From: Thermodesulfobacteriota bacterium
Lineage (GTDB): Bacteria; Desulfobacterota; Desulfarculia; JACQYL01
Reading direction: 5' to 3'
NCBI GenBank assembly: GCA_963675595.2
Contig: CAXXLZ010000001.1
Span: forward strand, 512,001-576,000
Length of the DNA: 64,000 nucleotides
A program made the position numbers and the translations under genes. Below, one piece after another: positions 40,161 to 49,318 of the stretch (position 1 is the stretch's first letter; every line of letters starts with the position of its first letter). The notes beneath the pieces were generated by a model, which was given only the letters and a program-made list of their open reading frames with translations, ran no database searches and was not told the DNA's origin.

Positions 40161-40394
40161 TTGACGCACCCCTGCGTGGGTGTTAAAAATCGTCAAGAAT
40201 CGTTGCATGATGCTGCGGCGGGTGCCTTTTGAGTCAAGCCGTCGGCAGCGGTTCGGTCCTGAAGGCCGTTCCGGCGATTCGGCATGCGAAGTCGCCTCTT
40301 TCGAAGCAGGGGAGAGGCGGATTCAGGATTCAAGACACCATGGCCACGAAGGCGCTTCCCCTGAAGGGAAGTAGACTCTTCGCGGCCTTTTTTT
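40161..40394 (+). promoter_or_regulatory. Candidate promoter plus structured leader ending in an intrinsic terminator
   Basis: TTGACG-N17-TAAAAA; GGCCACGAAG(40342-40351)..CTTCGCGGCC(40378-40387) followed by T7, 39 nt before the ATG at 40434. Confidence 0.6.
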
Positions 40395-40433
40395 ATTTCC
40401 GGGGAGAAGAACGATAATCTCCCGGTAGAGACC

Positions 40434-41474
40434 ATGATCAGCGGAAATCGGGCGGGAACGCATTTCGGAGAGATTACCTCCGCATATCTGAATCGACGTC
40501 GCCACAGAGTGCTTTTGTTGATCGTCGTGCTGGTTGTGACGACCGGCATGGGAGCGTACGCCGTTGCCCACGGCACCTTTCATATCTCCATCAAAGAGAT
40601 GGTGCTTGCTCTCTTCGGAAACGCCGAGGACAACGTGCAGGTCGTAATTACTCGAATCCGGTTGCCCAGGGTGGTGGCCGCCGTTGTTTCGGGATGGGCG
40701 TTGTCCCTTGCCGGACTGTGCATCCAGTCTTTGCTCGGAAACCCTCTCGGCTCCCCGGATACTCTGGGGATCAGCCAGGGTGCCGCCTTCGGGGCCGGAA
40801 CGTCGATTGTGCTTTTCGGTGCGGGGTTCTTTTCCGTCACGGCGTGTGCATTCGGCGGTGCCATGGGTGCGACGGTGGTCATTCTGATTTTGTCCAAACT
40901 CAGGCGACTTTCTTCTGAAGCCGTGGTCTTGGCTGGTGTGGCCCTTTCCTCCCTTTTCAACTCTGCGTGGATTCTGACGCAGTATCTGGCGACGGAGACC
41001 GAGCTTTCCGTGGTCGTTTTTTGGATATTCGGCGACGTGGCGCGTTCCTCCTGGCATGAGATCGGGCTGTTATCGGGCGTCACGCTCGTCGTCAGCTTCT
41101 TCCTCTTCTATTTGAGGTGGGACTTCAATGCCCTGGCCTCCGGAGAAGAAGTCGCAAAGGGCCTGGGCGTGAACGTGCGGAGGCTCAGAATATCGGGCAT
41201 GCTCGCGGTATCTCTCGTAGCGGCCCTGGTTACCGCTTTTCACGGAGTCATCGCCTTCTTCGGCCTGATTGCGCCACACATGGCACGACGACTGATCGGA
41301 GAGGACCATTGTTTGCTGATTCCATTTTCCGCGGTCCTGGGCGCACTACTGCTGTTAACGGCCGATATCATCGGTCGGTTGCTCATCGGTTCGGGCTCTC
41401 TTCCGGTGGGGGTCATCACCTCCTTCCTGGGAGCTCCCATATTCCTCTATTTGTTGGTTCGAGGGTATCGATGA
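40434..41474 (+). CDS. FecCD/BtuC-family ABC transporter permease
   Basis: IRLPRV, QSLLGNPLGSPDTLGISQGA, GEEVAKGLGV, FFGLIAPH, LPVGVITSFLGAP. Confidence 0.93.
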   Translation: MISGNRAGTHFGEITSAYLNRRRHRVLLLIVVLVVTTGMGAYAVAHGTFHISIKEMVLALFGNAEDNVQVVITRIRLPRVVAAVVSGWALSLAGLCIQSLLGNPLGSPDTLGISQGAAFGAGTSIVLFGAGFFSVTACAFGGAMGATVVILILSKLRRLSSEAVVLAGVALSSLFNSAWILTQYLATETELSVVVFWIFGDVARSSWHEIGLLSGVTLVVSFFLFYLRWDFNALASGEEVAKGLGVNVRRLRISGMLAVSLVAALVTAFHGVIAFFGLIAPHMARRLIGEDHCLLIPFSAVLGALLLLTADIIGRLLIGSGSLPVGVITSFLGAPIFLYLLVRGYR

Positions 41475-42223
41475 GGCTGGAAGTATGCGGCGTTTCCTTC
41501 TCCCACAACAGTCATCCCGTGCTGACGGATGTGGGTTTCTCCGTTGAGCCGGGAGAACTGGTTTGCATCATGGGTGTCAACGGCGCCGGGAAGTCGACCC
41601 TGCTGAGGTGCCTGAACCGAGTTCTTACGCCGTCGGGTGGGGCCGTGCTGATGGACGGTGAAGATCTTTCCTTCATGAGTCGGAAGAAAATCGCCCAAAA
41701 GGTGGGCTACGTTCCCCAGCGCCGGCAGGATTCGTCTTCGTCCGTGTTTGAAACCGTGCTCATGGGGCGAAGGCCTCATATACGATGGGCCGTTTCAGAT
41801 GATGACTACGCATTGGTTGAAAGGATCATCGGAGAGCTGGGGCTGGCGCACCTGGCTATGAGGCCGGTGGACACCTTGAGCGGCGGGGAGAGTCAGAAGG
41901 TGGCCATTGCCCGCGCACTCGCCCAGTCTCCTCAGGTTCTCCTGTTGGACGAGCCGACCAGCAACCTCGACCTGGGCGGCCAACTGGAGGTGATGGGACT
42001 GGTCCGGCGAATAGTGAGAAGTCGGGAGTTGGCGGCGGCGATTGCAATCCATGACCTGAACGTTGCCGTACGCTTCGCGGACCGCTTCATTTTTCTCAAG
42101 GAGCATCGCATACGAGCGGTGACCGACGGAAACGGGCTCAGCGCGGAAATCATTCATGACGTTTACGGTGTCGAGGTTCAGTTGACCCGGGTCTGCGGGC
42201 ACACTGTGGTGGTGCCGACATAA
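41471..42223 (+). CDS. FecE/BtuD-type ABC transporter ATP-binding protein
   Basis: ATG at 41471 overlaps the permease stop; GVNGAGKST, LSGGESQ, LLLDEPTSNLD, HDLN. Confidence 0.93.
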   Translation: MRLEVCGVSFSHNSHPVLTDVGFSVEPGELVCIMGVNGAGKSTLLRCLNRVLTPSGGAVLMDGEDLSFMSRKKIAQKVGYVPQRRQDSSSSVFETVLMGRRPHIRWAVSDDDYALVERIIGELGLAHLAMRPVDTLSGGESQKVAIARALAQSPQVLLLDEPTSNLDLGGQLEVMGLVRRIVRSRELAAAIAIHDLNVAVRFADRFIFLKEHRIRAVTDGNGLSAEIIHDVYGVEVQLTRVCGHTVVVPT

Positions 42224-42239
42224 TGCGGCGGAGGAGCCG

Positions 42240-43331
42240 ATGAAAGCTTTTTTTATTGTCTTATCGTGCCTGCCGGCGTGGATGATGTTCCTCGTACCTG
42301 CGTCCGCCGGTGCCGTGGTGGTTACGGATATGGCGAATCGGGAAGTTACGGTTCCTTTTGATCCAAATAGAATCCTCTGCATCGGCCCCGGAGCTTTGAG
42401 ACTGGTAGTCTACCTTCAGGCGGAGAACAGAGTGGTGGGCGTGGAGGATATGGAAAAAATGAACCCCGGGGGCAGGCCGTACTGGATTGCCCATCCCGAG
42501 CTTCACCGTTTGCCCCGTTGCGGACCCGGAGGACCGGCGGGCATCAACAAGAAGCCCGACCTCGAGACTCTGTTGAGCCTGGCTCCCGATGTCGTGTTCG
42601 TGACCTACATGGAGGGGCCTCTTGCCGACGAAGTGACCCGGACCTTGGGGATTCCCTTGGTCGTCCTGAGTTATGGAGCCTTCGCCACCTTTGATGAGGC
42701 GGTCTACGACGCATTACGGGTTGCCGGTAAGGTGCTGAATCGTGAGAACAGGGCGCGCGAGGTGGTGGCCTATATCGAATCGTTGCGCAAGGACTTGGCA
42801 GAGAGGACCGGGGACATACCGCAAGACCGAAGACCCGAGGTTTACGTGGGAGGTATCGGCTACCGCGGAGCCCACGGCATCGAAAGCACGGAACAGCGGT
42901 TCGTTCCCTTCGACTGGGTGAATGCGACAAACGTAGCTCAAAGGCTGGAAGCGGATGTCGGAACTCATGTTTTCGTTGACAAGGAAATGCTCCTAAGCCT
43001 GGACCCCGAGGCAATATTCATCGACGGCGGCGGAGTGTCCGTGGTGAAGAAGGACTACGAAAACAAGACGGCTTATTATTCGGCTTTCAAGGCGTTTAAA
43101 ACAGGGCGGGTGTACACACTGCACCCGTTCAACTGGTACACCACCAACATCGGAACGGCTTTGGCCGACGCCTACGCCGTTGGAAAGATTCTGTATGCGG
43201 ATCGATTCCAAGAGATCGACCCTGAGACGAAAACGGACGATATTTATGAGTTTTTTGTCGGGAAAAGAGTTCATGAAGCGATGAAAAGGGATTACGGACC
43301 GATCGGCGGAAAGGCGCCGTTTCTCCCGTAA
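42240..43331 (+). CDS. Iron/cobalamin-type (class III) periplasmic binding protein
   Basis: Signal peptide, VTDMANREV, ETLLSLAPDVV, EMLLSLDP, AFKTGRVY. Confidence 0.88.
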   Translation: MKAFFIVLSCLPAWMMFLVPASAGAVVVTDMANREVTVPFDPNRILCIGPGALRLVVYLQAENRVVGVEDMEKMNPGGRPYWIAHPELHRLPRCGPGGPAGINKKPDLETLLSLAPDVVFVTYMEGPLADEVTRTLGIPLVVLSYGAFATFDEAVYDALRVAGKVLNRENRAREVVAYIESLRKDLAERTGDIPQDRRPEVYVGGIGYRGAHGIESTEQRFVPFDWVNATNVAQRLEADVGTHVFVDKEMLLSLDPEAIFIDGGGVSVVKKDYENKTAYYSAFKAFKTGRVYTLHPFNWYTTNIGTALADAYAVGKILYADRFQEIDPETKTDDIYEFFVGKRVHEAMKRDYGPIGGKAPFLP

Positions 43332-43448
43332 CGGGCCTGCGCTCGGGTTTCTCGACGGGCCGGCCTACCCATCCTGGGGGCTTCGGATCATCGAGGAGAT
43401 GAATGGAACCGACCTCCCATGGGTGGGAAACAATGAGGAGGTAACAAA

Positions 43449-44069
43449 GTGGATGCACGAGAGATCGTGGAATCGGAGGATTTCAGGAAATGTGCGGAGT
43501 TTCACGGACACATATGTCCCGGGCTTTCCATCGGCTACAGGGCGGCCAAGGTTGCGCTGGAGCGCTTGAGGGAAGAGCGGGCCGAAGATGAAGAAATCGT
43601 GGCGGTTGTGGAGACGGACGCGTGTTCCGCCGATGCCGTGCAGGTGCTCACGGGATGCACTTTTGGAAAAGGAAATTTGATCTACAAGGATTACGGCAAA
43701 GTGGCCTTGACGCTTTTCAGCCGTGGAACCGGGGAAGGGGTTCGCGTGGTTTTGCGTCCGGAAGCCGCTTTGCCTGATGAGGCGCATTTCGCCCTCTTGC
43801 GCAGAGTCATGAGCGGGGAGGCCGACGAACACGAGGAAAAGCGGTTTAGAGAACTCCATTTTCAGAAAAGCTGTGACGTGCTTACAATCCCCACGGATGA
43901 GCTGTTCATCGTGAAGCCTGTGAAGACCGAATTACCCGCCAAAGCCAAGATCGAACGCTCCGAACTTTGTGCGGTTTGCGGAGAACCCACCATGTCCGCC
44001 AAGCTAGCGGCTGTGGGGGGACGTAAAATCTGTCGCGAATGCTTCGAGAAGATGCGATGGTGTGTTTGA
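43449..44069 (+). CDS. FmdE family protein with C-terminal zinc finger (copy 2)
   Basis: FHGHICPG, CSADAVQ, CAVCGE..CREC; GTG start with GAGGAGG RBS. Confidence 0.92.
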   Translation: MDAREIVESEDFRKCAEFHGHICPGLSIGYRAAKVALERLREERAEDEEIVAVVETDACSADAVQVLTGCTFGKGNLIYKDYGKVALTLFSRGTGEGVRVVLRPEAALPDEAHFALLRRVMSGEADEHEEKRFRELHFQKSCDVLTIPTDELFIVKPVKTELPAKAKIERSELCAVCGEPTMSAKLAAVGGRKICRECFEKMRWCV

Positions 44070-44340
44070 AGCCTGGAGGCTGAACCCGGGACTCCTACCT
44101 ATCGGAGGAACGGGGAACCTTGTCGCACTCCCGCCCGTAGGCGGCATCCGGCGCCGCATGGCCCAACCAAGCGCGCCTTTTCTCCGACCCGGCAGAAGCC
44201 GGGATTCCTCGTCCCTTACTAAATACAGCGTGATCCCATTCCCGTTCCGCATGCATGCGGTCGCGCGAAATTTCTCCAGACCGGCTTGACGGTTCCGGGT
44301 TGCCGAGGATTGCGAAAAACATGAGTTGAAGGAGCCGGAG

Positions 44341-46296
44341 ATGAATCGATTGCGAAACACTTGGATGCTGGTTTGTTTTTTGGTTTTTTCCTCCGTCTGT
44401 TGCCGGATTGCGGCCGCCGACGAGCCCGCCGAGGTCACCCGATTGGAGCCCGTAACGGTCATAGCCAATCCGGTAATTGAGGGAAACGAAACGGACCGAT
44501 ACGCCGGTCAAAAGACCACGGTCACGGAAAGCCAGATCGACGATCTCAACGCCCAAGACTTGACCGGCGCGCTGAGGCGGACTCCGGGGGTCAACATTTC
44601 CCGTTACAACATAGTGGGTTCCTTCGGGGGGGCCACAGGCGGAGGCGTCTTCATCAGAGGCAAGGGGTCGAGTCGTCCCGGAGCGGAAATCAAGACCCTT
44701 GTGGATGGGATTCCCATGTACATGAGCCTGTGGAACCACCCATTGCTGGATTTAATGAGCATCGATCCGGCCCAGTCCATCGAAGTGTACAAAAGCCCTC
44801 AACCCCATGTGTTCGGGAACGCCTTCGGGGTGGTCAACATCGTACCCAAGAAGATGACGGAACAGGGTTTTCGCACCAAAGGCAAGGTTGCCGGAGGAAG
44901 CTTCGGCACCTTTGTGGGCAAGGGGGAGCACGGAGGAGCGATCGAGGGTTTGGACTACTATTTGGGCGGCGGATACCGAACCTCCGACGGCCATCGAGAC
45001 AATGCCGACGGTGAGCTTCGAGACGTTTACGGGCGGATCGGCTATCGCATTTCGGACAACTGGTCCGTGTCCGTGTTCAGCCTCTGGAACGACAACTACG
45101 CCAACGATCCGGGAGCGGAAGGCGCGGCCCCCGAACTGCGGGAGGGACGTTACGAGACCCGGACGTGGCTGACGGTGGGCACCGTCGAAAACCGGTTCGA
45201 CGTGGCCGAGGGGTATCTGAAACTCTACAGGAACGCCGGCGAGGGAGACTGGCTTGATCAACCTACCGACACGGTCGGAGTTCGGGAAGACCTTTTCAAC
45301 GATTTTACCTTCTACGGTTTGAAGGCCAGGGAAGCATTGCACTTCTGGCCGGGAGGCGAGATCATCGTCGGCTTGGACTGGGATGTGACGGACGGGGAAT
45401 ATGACCTGGACTACAGCGACGGAACAAGTGATCGCTGGGACGGCCACGACTTCACCATTGTCTCGCCTTACACGGCGATCAGCCACCAGTTCGGCGACAA
45501 GGACGGATTCTACGTGACGCCCTCGGCGGGCGTGCGTTACTACGACAATTCGGATTTCGACGAGGAATGGTCGCCCCACGTGGGCATCATCGTCGGGTAC
45601 AAGCGGACGGAACTGCATGCCGGGTATTCCAGAGGCGTGGTCTATCCCGGTTTGGATGTTGTCCTGTTCTCCGAGAAGGTCATTCCAGCTTTGGGGTCCA
45701 GTTGGAAGGACCTTAACGCCGAGGTTGCGGATCATTTCGAGGTCGGCGTTCGCCATGGATTCGGTCGGCTGGTCGAGGTGGACGTCACTTTCTTCTACGA
45801 CGAGGGAAAGGACCGTTATGTGATCGTTCCTCCGCCGCCTCCGCCTCCCGTATACGCCAACATCGAAGAATACCGCATCCGCGGAGTGGAAGCCGTTTTG
45901 ACGCTGCATCCCATGGACGATCTGGCCTTGTTTACCGGGTTTACCTACCAGAACACCGATCCCTCCGATTTGCCCTACGCTCCCGAGTTCACCGTGAGCG
46001 CCGGCGCAAACTGGAAGCTGTTCAGGAGCTTCAAATTCAGCGTGGATTGCCAATATGTGGACGAGATGCACGTTGACGCCTGGGCTCGTAGGAAAGGCGC
46101 CGAGAATGCGACCACGGTGGACGGCTATTTCCTGCTGAACGGCAAGGTCGGCTACGAATTGGCCATGGGCGGCAAATGGCCGACCATGGAAGTCTACGTG
46201 GCCGGAGAAAACCTCACGGACACGGACTATGAGTACCTCCCCGGGTATCCCATGCCCGGCGCCACGGTCATGGCCGGAGTGGGGTTCGAATTCTGA
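44341..46296 (+). CDS. TonB-dependent outer-membrane receptor
   Basis: Signal peptide, TonB box EPVTVIA, plug LRRTPGV..IRG..LVDGIP..IEVYK..GVVNI, ENLTD..Y, terminal Phe. Confidence 0.93.
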   Translation: MNRLRNTWMLVCFLVFSSVCCRIAAADEPAEVTRLEPVTVIANPVIEGNETDRYAGQKTTVTESQIDDLNAQDLTGALRRTPGVNISRYNIVGSFGGATGGGVFIRGKGSSRPGAEIKTLVDGIPMYMSLWNHPLLDLMSIDPAQSIEVYKSPQPHVFGNAFGVVNIVPKKMTEQGFRTKGKVAGGSFGTFVGKGEHGGAIEGLDYYLGGGYRTSDGHRDNADGELRDVYGRIGYRISDNWSVSVFSLWNDNYANDPGAEGAAPELREGRYETRTWLTVGTVENRFDVAEGYLKLYRNAGEGDWLDQPTDTVGVREDLFNDFTFYGLKAREALHFWPGGEIIVGLDWDVTDGEYDLDYSDGTSDRWDGHDFTIVSPYTAISHQFGDKDGFYVTPSAGVRYYDNSDFDEEWSPHVGIIVGYKRTELHAGYSRGVVYPGLDVVLFSEKVIPALGSSWKDLNAEVADHFEVGVRHGFGRLVEVDVTFFYDEGKDRYVIVPPPPPPPVYANIEEYRIRGVEAVLTLHPMDDLALFTGFTYQNTDPSDLPYAPEFTVSAGANWKLFRSFKFSVDCQYVDEMHVDAWARRKGAENATTVDGYFLLNGKVGYELAMGGKWPTMEVYVAGENLTDTDYEYLPGYPMPGATVMAGVGFEF

Positions 46297-46313
46297 CGAA
46301 CAGGGGAGGGGAG

Positions 46314-46913
46314 ATGTCGTCCCGATCCGCTTTCTTCGACAGCCGGGCTCGTGAATGGGAGAAAAACTGCTATCCTCCTCCGGTACGCGAGCGTCTCGAG
46401 GAGCTCATTCTCGAATTTCGTGTGAAAACCGGTACACGGGTCTTGGATATCGGTACGGGCCCCGGCGTGTTGATTCCTTATTTGAAACGATTGGTCGGAA
46501 GCGACGGCACTGTCTGCGCTTTCGACCTTTCCCTGGAAATGGCGCGGCAAGCTGGAAGCAAACCGCTTTCCTCGAAGGATGCGGTGGTCCAGGCCGATGT
46601 GCATCGTATGCCGTTCGGGGGCGATGTGTTCGACCAGGCGATCTGCTTTGCCGCGTTCCCGCACTTTGCGGATCCCGGCCGAGCCCTTGGCGAAATGAGT
46701 CGGGTGATCCACTCGGGCGGTCACATCGTCATCGCGCATTTGCTGAGCCGTAAGGAGCTGTCGATGCATCATGCGGCCCACTCCGCCGTGGAAGGCGACG
46801 TGTTGCCGGACGATTCGCGAATGACGGAACTCTTCTCCAAAGCCGGGTTGGAGCTGTTGGAGATCGCGGACGTGCCGGGTCGCTATCTGGCCCGAGGCGT
46901 GAAACGGACGTAG
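46314..46913 (+). CDS. Class I SAM-dependent methyltransferase
   Basis: VLDIGTGPG, FDLSLEM, ADVHRMPF, FPHF. Confidence 0.88.
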   Translation: MSSRSAFFDSRAREWEKNCYPPPVRERLEELILEFRVKTGTRVLDIGTGPGVLIPYLKRLVGSDGTVCAFDLSLEMARQAGSKPLSSKDAVVQADVHRMPFGGDVFDQAICFAAFPHFADPGRALGEMSRVIHSGGHIVIAHLLSRKELSMHHAAHSAVEGDVLPDDSRMTELFSKAGLELLEIADVPGRYLARGVKRT

Positions 46914-47047
46914 GTGAAGGGCGGACTTCGAGACGGAATAGAGGTCGGAGGACGACTATTCTTTGGGCGAGCTGAGCGGGAGAGCGGCTCGGCCGCCCAT
47001 AGCGTCCCAATTCCGTCTGCCGGCCGGCTGAAGAAGGCCGGTTGCCT

Positions 47048-47173
47048 GCAGGTTGGTGAAGAACGATGAGATGCAAGGCGCACAGATCCCGAGGAACAAG
47101 GCGTTCATAGAAGTGCGTTGCAGTGACGATGGGTGAAGCGCAACGCTGTGGATCGCGTTTTTCATCCGCCTGC
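47048..47173 (-). repeat. Family-2 MITE/REP-like element (full length)
   Basis: Reverse complement GCAGGCGGATGAAAAACG..CGTTGCGC..CGTCACTG..GCGCCTTGCATCTCATCGTTCTTCACCAACCTGC. Confidence 0.75.
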
Positions 47174-47756
47174 TGCGAAGCGTTTCGTCCACGGGATATG
47201 CCGCGGCCACTAAGTCGGAGTCAATCATCGCCGGCAGTTTGCAGGCATGATCACCTTCGCTGGGTATTTCTAAATAATATTAGTTAAACATTTGTGCATA
47301 CAAAAGCCCCATGATGGCCCACAGCCGGCAATCCGTCCCATTTGCGTCCACGTCGGTGTCGTCAAAGCTTCCGGGCCTTCGGCTCCTCCTGTTTGAATTC
47401 CGCGGCTCACCATCTACAAGCAACATGGCGGCTTCTCCACTCATAGTCGGGGTACGGAAGGACTCATAGACATCAAGTCGACTTCCGCACGTCACGATTC
47501 GCGGCATGCTTCCGGCAAGTCCCTACCAACACGTACGTTCGCTAAAGCCTTTCAGTCCGTTGTGCGGATAAGGAATCGCCCGCAAGAGCGACTCATGGAA
47601 AAGACTCTTTGACCTCGGGCACCCATTTCCTATAAAGCATTTTTTCACATGATCATGATCTTCCCGGACCGAACCGATTCGGCAAACGAGAAGACGGGAA
47701 CGGGGATGCCGGCGTCGGTGGAGTCGGCCCCCGGAAGGAGGACGGGTTCGAGTTCC

Positions 47757-49316
47757 ATGGATGCTTCGCGCTTTTCGCGCTATCTGCTGGGCGGTTTCGC
47801 CAACATCGCGCAGCATCGACAAACCCTGGACGCCATCAACGTCTTTCCCGTACCCGACGGCGATACGGGGAGGAACTTGACGATCACCACGTCCGGAATC
47901 GCCGCGGCCCTTCGCGCTGAAGAACAATGGGAGTTCGAAGGGTTATACCGGCTGATCGCGCGGGAGGCCCTTGAGTCGGCCCGCGGCAACTCCGGAATGA
48001 TCTTCTCACAGTTCCTCAAGGGGCTGTTGCGCCCCATGACGTTCGCCGAAAGCATCGACGCCGAGGTGTGGCATCGGGCATGGGGTTCGGCTCGGGATTG
48101 CGCCTATGCCGGTGTTTCACGACCTCGCTCGGGAACCATCCTCTCTTTGCTGGATCGCGCCGCCGAGGAACATGAGCCGGGTCTCGCTTCGGAAGAACTT
48201 TCAGCTCTTGTGGAAATCTGTGGGACCTGCCTCCTGGACACCCCTAGCAAACTTCCCGAGTTGAAAAGAGCCGGAGTCGTGGACGCGGGCGGTCTCGCGC
48301 TGGTGTTGTTCTTGGAAGGGGGATTGTTATCCCTGGTAGGAAACGGAATTCCCGGATTGAGCCCTTGGATGGAGCGAAATCTGCCCCCGGAGAAACGAAA
48401 GGTGCTTCCCGGCGGCATAAGCGAGGAAGTTCCGGAACATCGCTTCTGCCTTGAAATGCTCCTTGAGGGACCGGAACCGTTGGTGGATGATTTGATGCTC
48501 CGCTTGAAGTACATGGGGAACTCCATCGAGACTTTGTGGGATGACTCAAGGGTGAGAATCCATATGCATACCAACGAACCTTACGCGGTTCGGGAAACGA
48601 TTCACGCGGACATCAAAGTGTGGCGGATGCAGTTGGAGGACATGGCTCCCCGGGTCCGGGGGCGAAATGCGGAAGAGGGGCGGCCGCCCGACAACTTGCC
48701 GGCGGTTTGTGCGCTGGTGCGAGGAAAAGGTTTTGTGGGCGTTCTGGAAAGCCTGGAAATCGATTATGTGATTGATCTGGAGACGAATCCTATGCCGGGA
48801 GAGACTCTGCGACGTCAATTGCATGATTCCGGGCGTGGGAAAGCTCTGGTGCTTGTTCCCGGCGACGATGGTTGCGATTCTCTTGAGAAGGAGACCTCCA
48901 TTGCGAAGGGGGATTGGGAGGTCTGGAACGCGTGGAGCGAGGCGGCCGTGGTTGCGGCCTGCGTGGCCTTTACGCCCTGGGAAACCGAAGAATTGAACCG
49001 CGTTCGCATGGCCGAGGCCCTGCGCCGGCTGCGATATGGAATGGTGCTGGACGAAGCGGACGGGTTCTGCTTCCGGGTTGGAGTCGGGGAGGAAGTCAGC
49101 AAGTTGTATCCAGCGGTCGGAGACGCCGCGGCCGCCCTCGTGGCCGCCCTGATTGACCCTCAGGATCGCTTGATTACGATCTATACGGGCGTTCGGCCGA
49201 TTCTCGCACAGGTCGAAGAAGTACGATCCTCTCTATCGCTTCGTTTTCCCGGTGTGGAAACGGAAGTGGTCTATGGTGGGCAGGCCCGTGGTATGTTTCA
49301 GATTTCCGTGGAGTAA
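47757..49316 (+). CDS. DAK2-domain protein (fatty acid kinase FakA-like)
   Basis: INVFPVPDGDTGRN, ARGNSGMIFSQ, GTIL, AGVVDAGG, IHMHTNEP, YGGQ..ISVE. Confidence 0.9.
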   Translation: MDASRFSRYLLGGFANIAQHRQTLDAINVFPVPDGDTGRNLTITTSGIAAALRAEEQWEFEGLYRLIAREALESARGNSGMIFSQFLKGLLRPMTFAESIDAEVWHRAWGSARDCAYAGVSRPRSGTILSLLDRAAEEHEPGLASEELSALVEICGTCLLDTPSKLPELKRAGVVDAGGLALVLFLEGGLLSLVGNGIPGLSPWMERNLPPEKRKVLPGGISEEVPEHRFCLEMLLEGPEPLVDDLMLRLKYMGNSIETLWDDSRVRIHMHTNEPYAVRETIHADIKVWRMQLEDMAPRVRGRNAEEGRPPDNLPAVCALVRGKGFVGVLESLEIDYVIDLETNPMPGETLRRQLHDSGRGKALVLVPGDDGCDSLEKETSIAKGDWEVWNAWSEAAVVAACVAFTPWETEELNRVRMAEALRRLRYGMVLDEADGFCFRVGVGEEVSKLYPAVGDAAAALVAALIDPQDRLITIYTGVRPILAQVEEVRSSLSLRFPGVETEVVYGGQARGMFQISVE

Positions 49317-49318
49317 TC

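Noticed and set aside
40197-40340. Cobalamin, Moco or NiCo riboswitch in the ABC leader (also checked before the receptor and cobU)
   Set aside because: No AGGGAA..GCCACTG..AGnCAG B12 pattern or other consensus recognised by eye; a cmscan run is needed to exclude divergent forms.
47180-47640. Small ORFs or ncRNA between the methyltransferase and DAK2 genes
   Set aside because: No RBS, motif or strong structure apart from the adjacent family-2 repeat.
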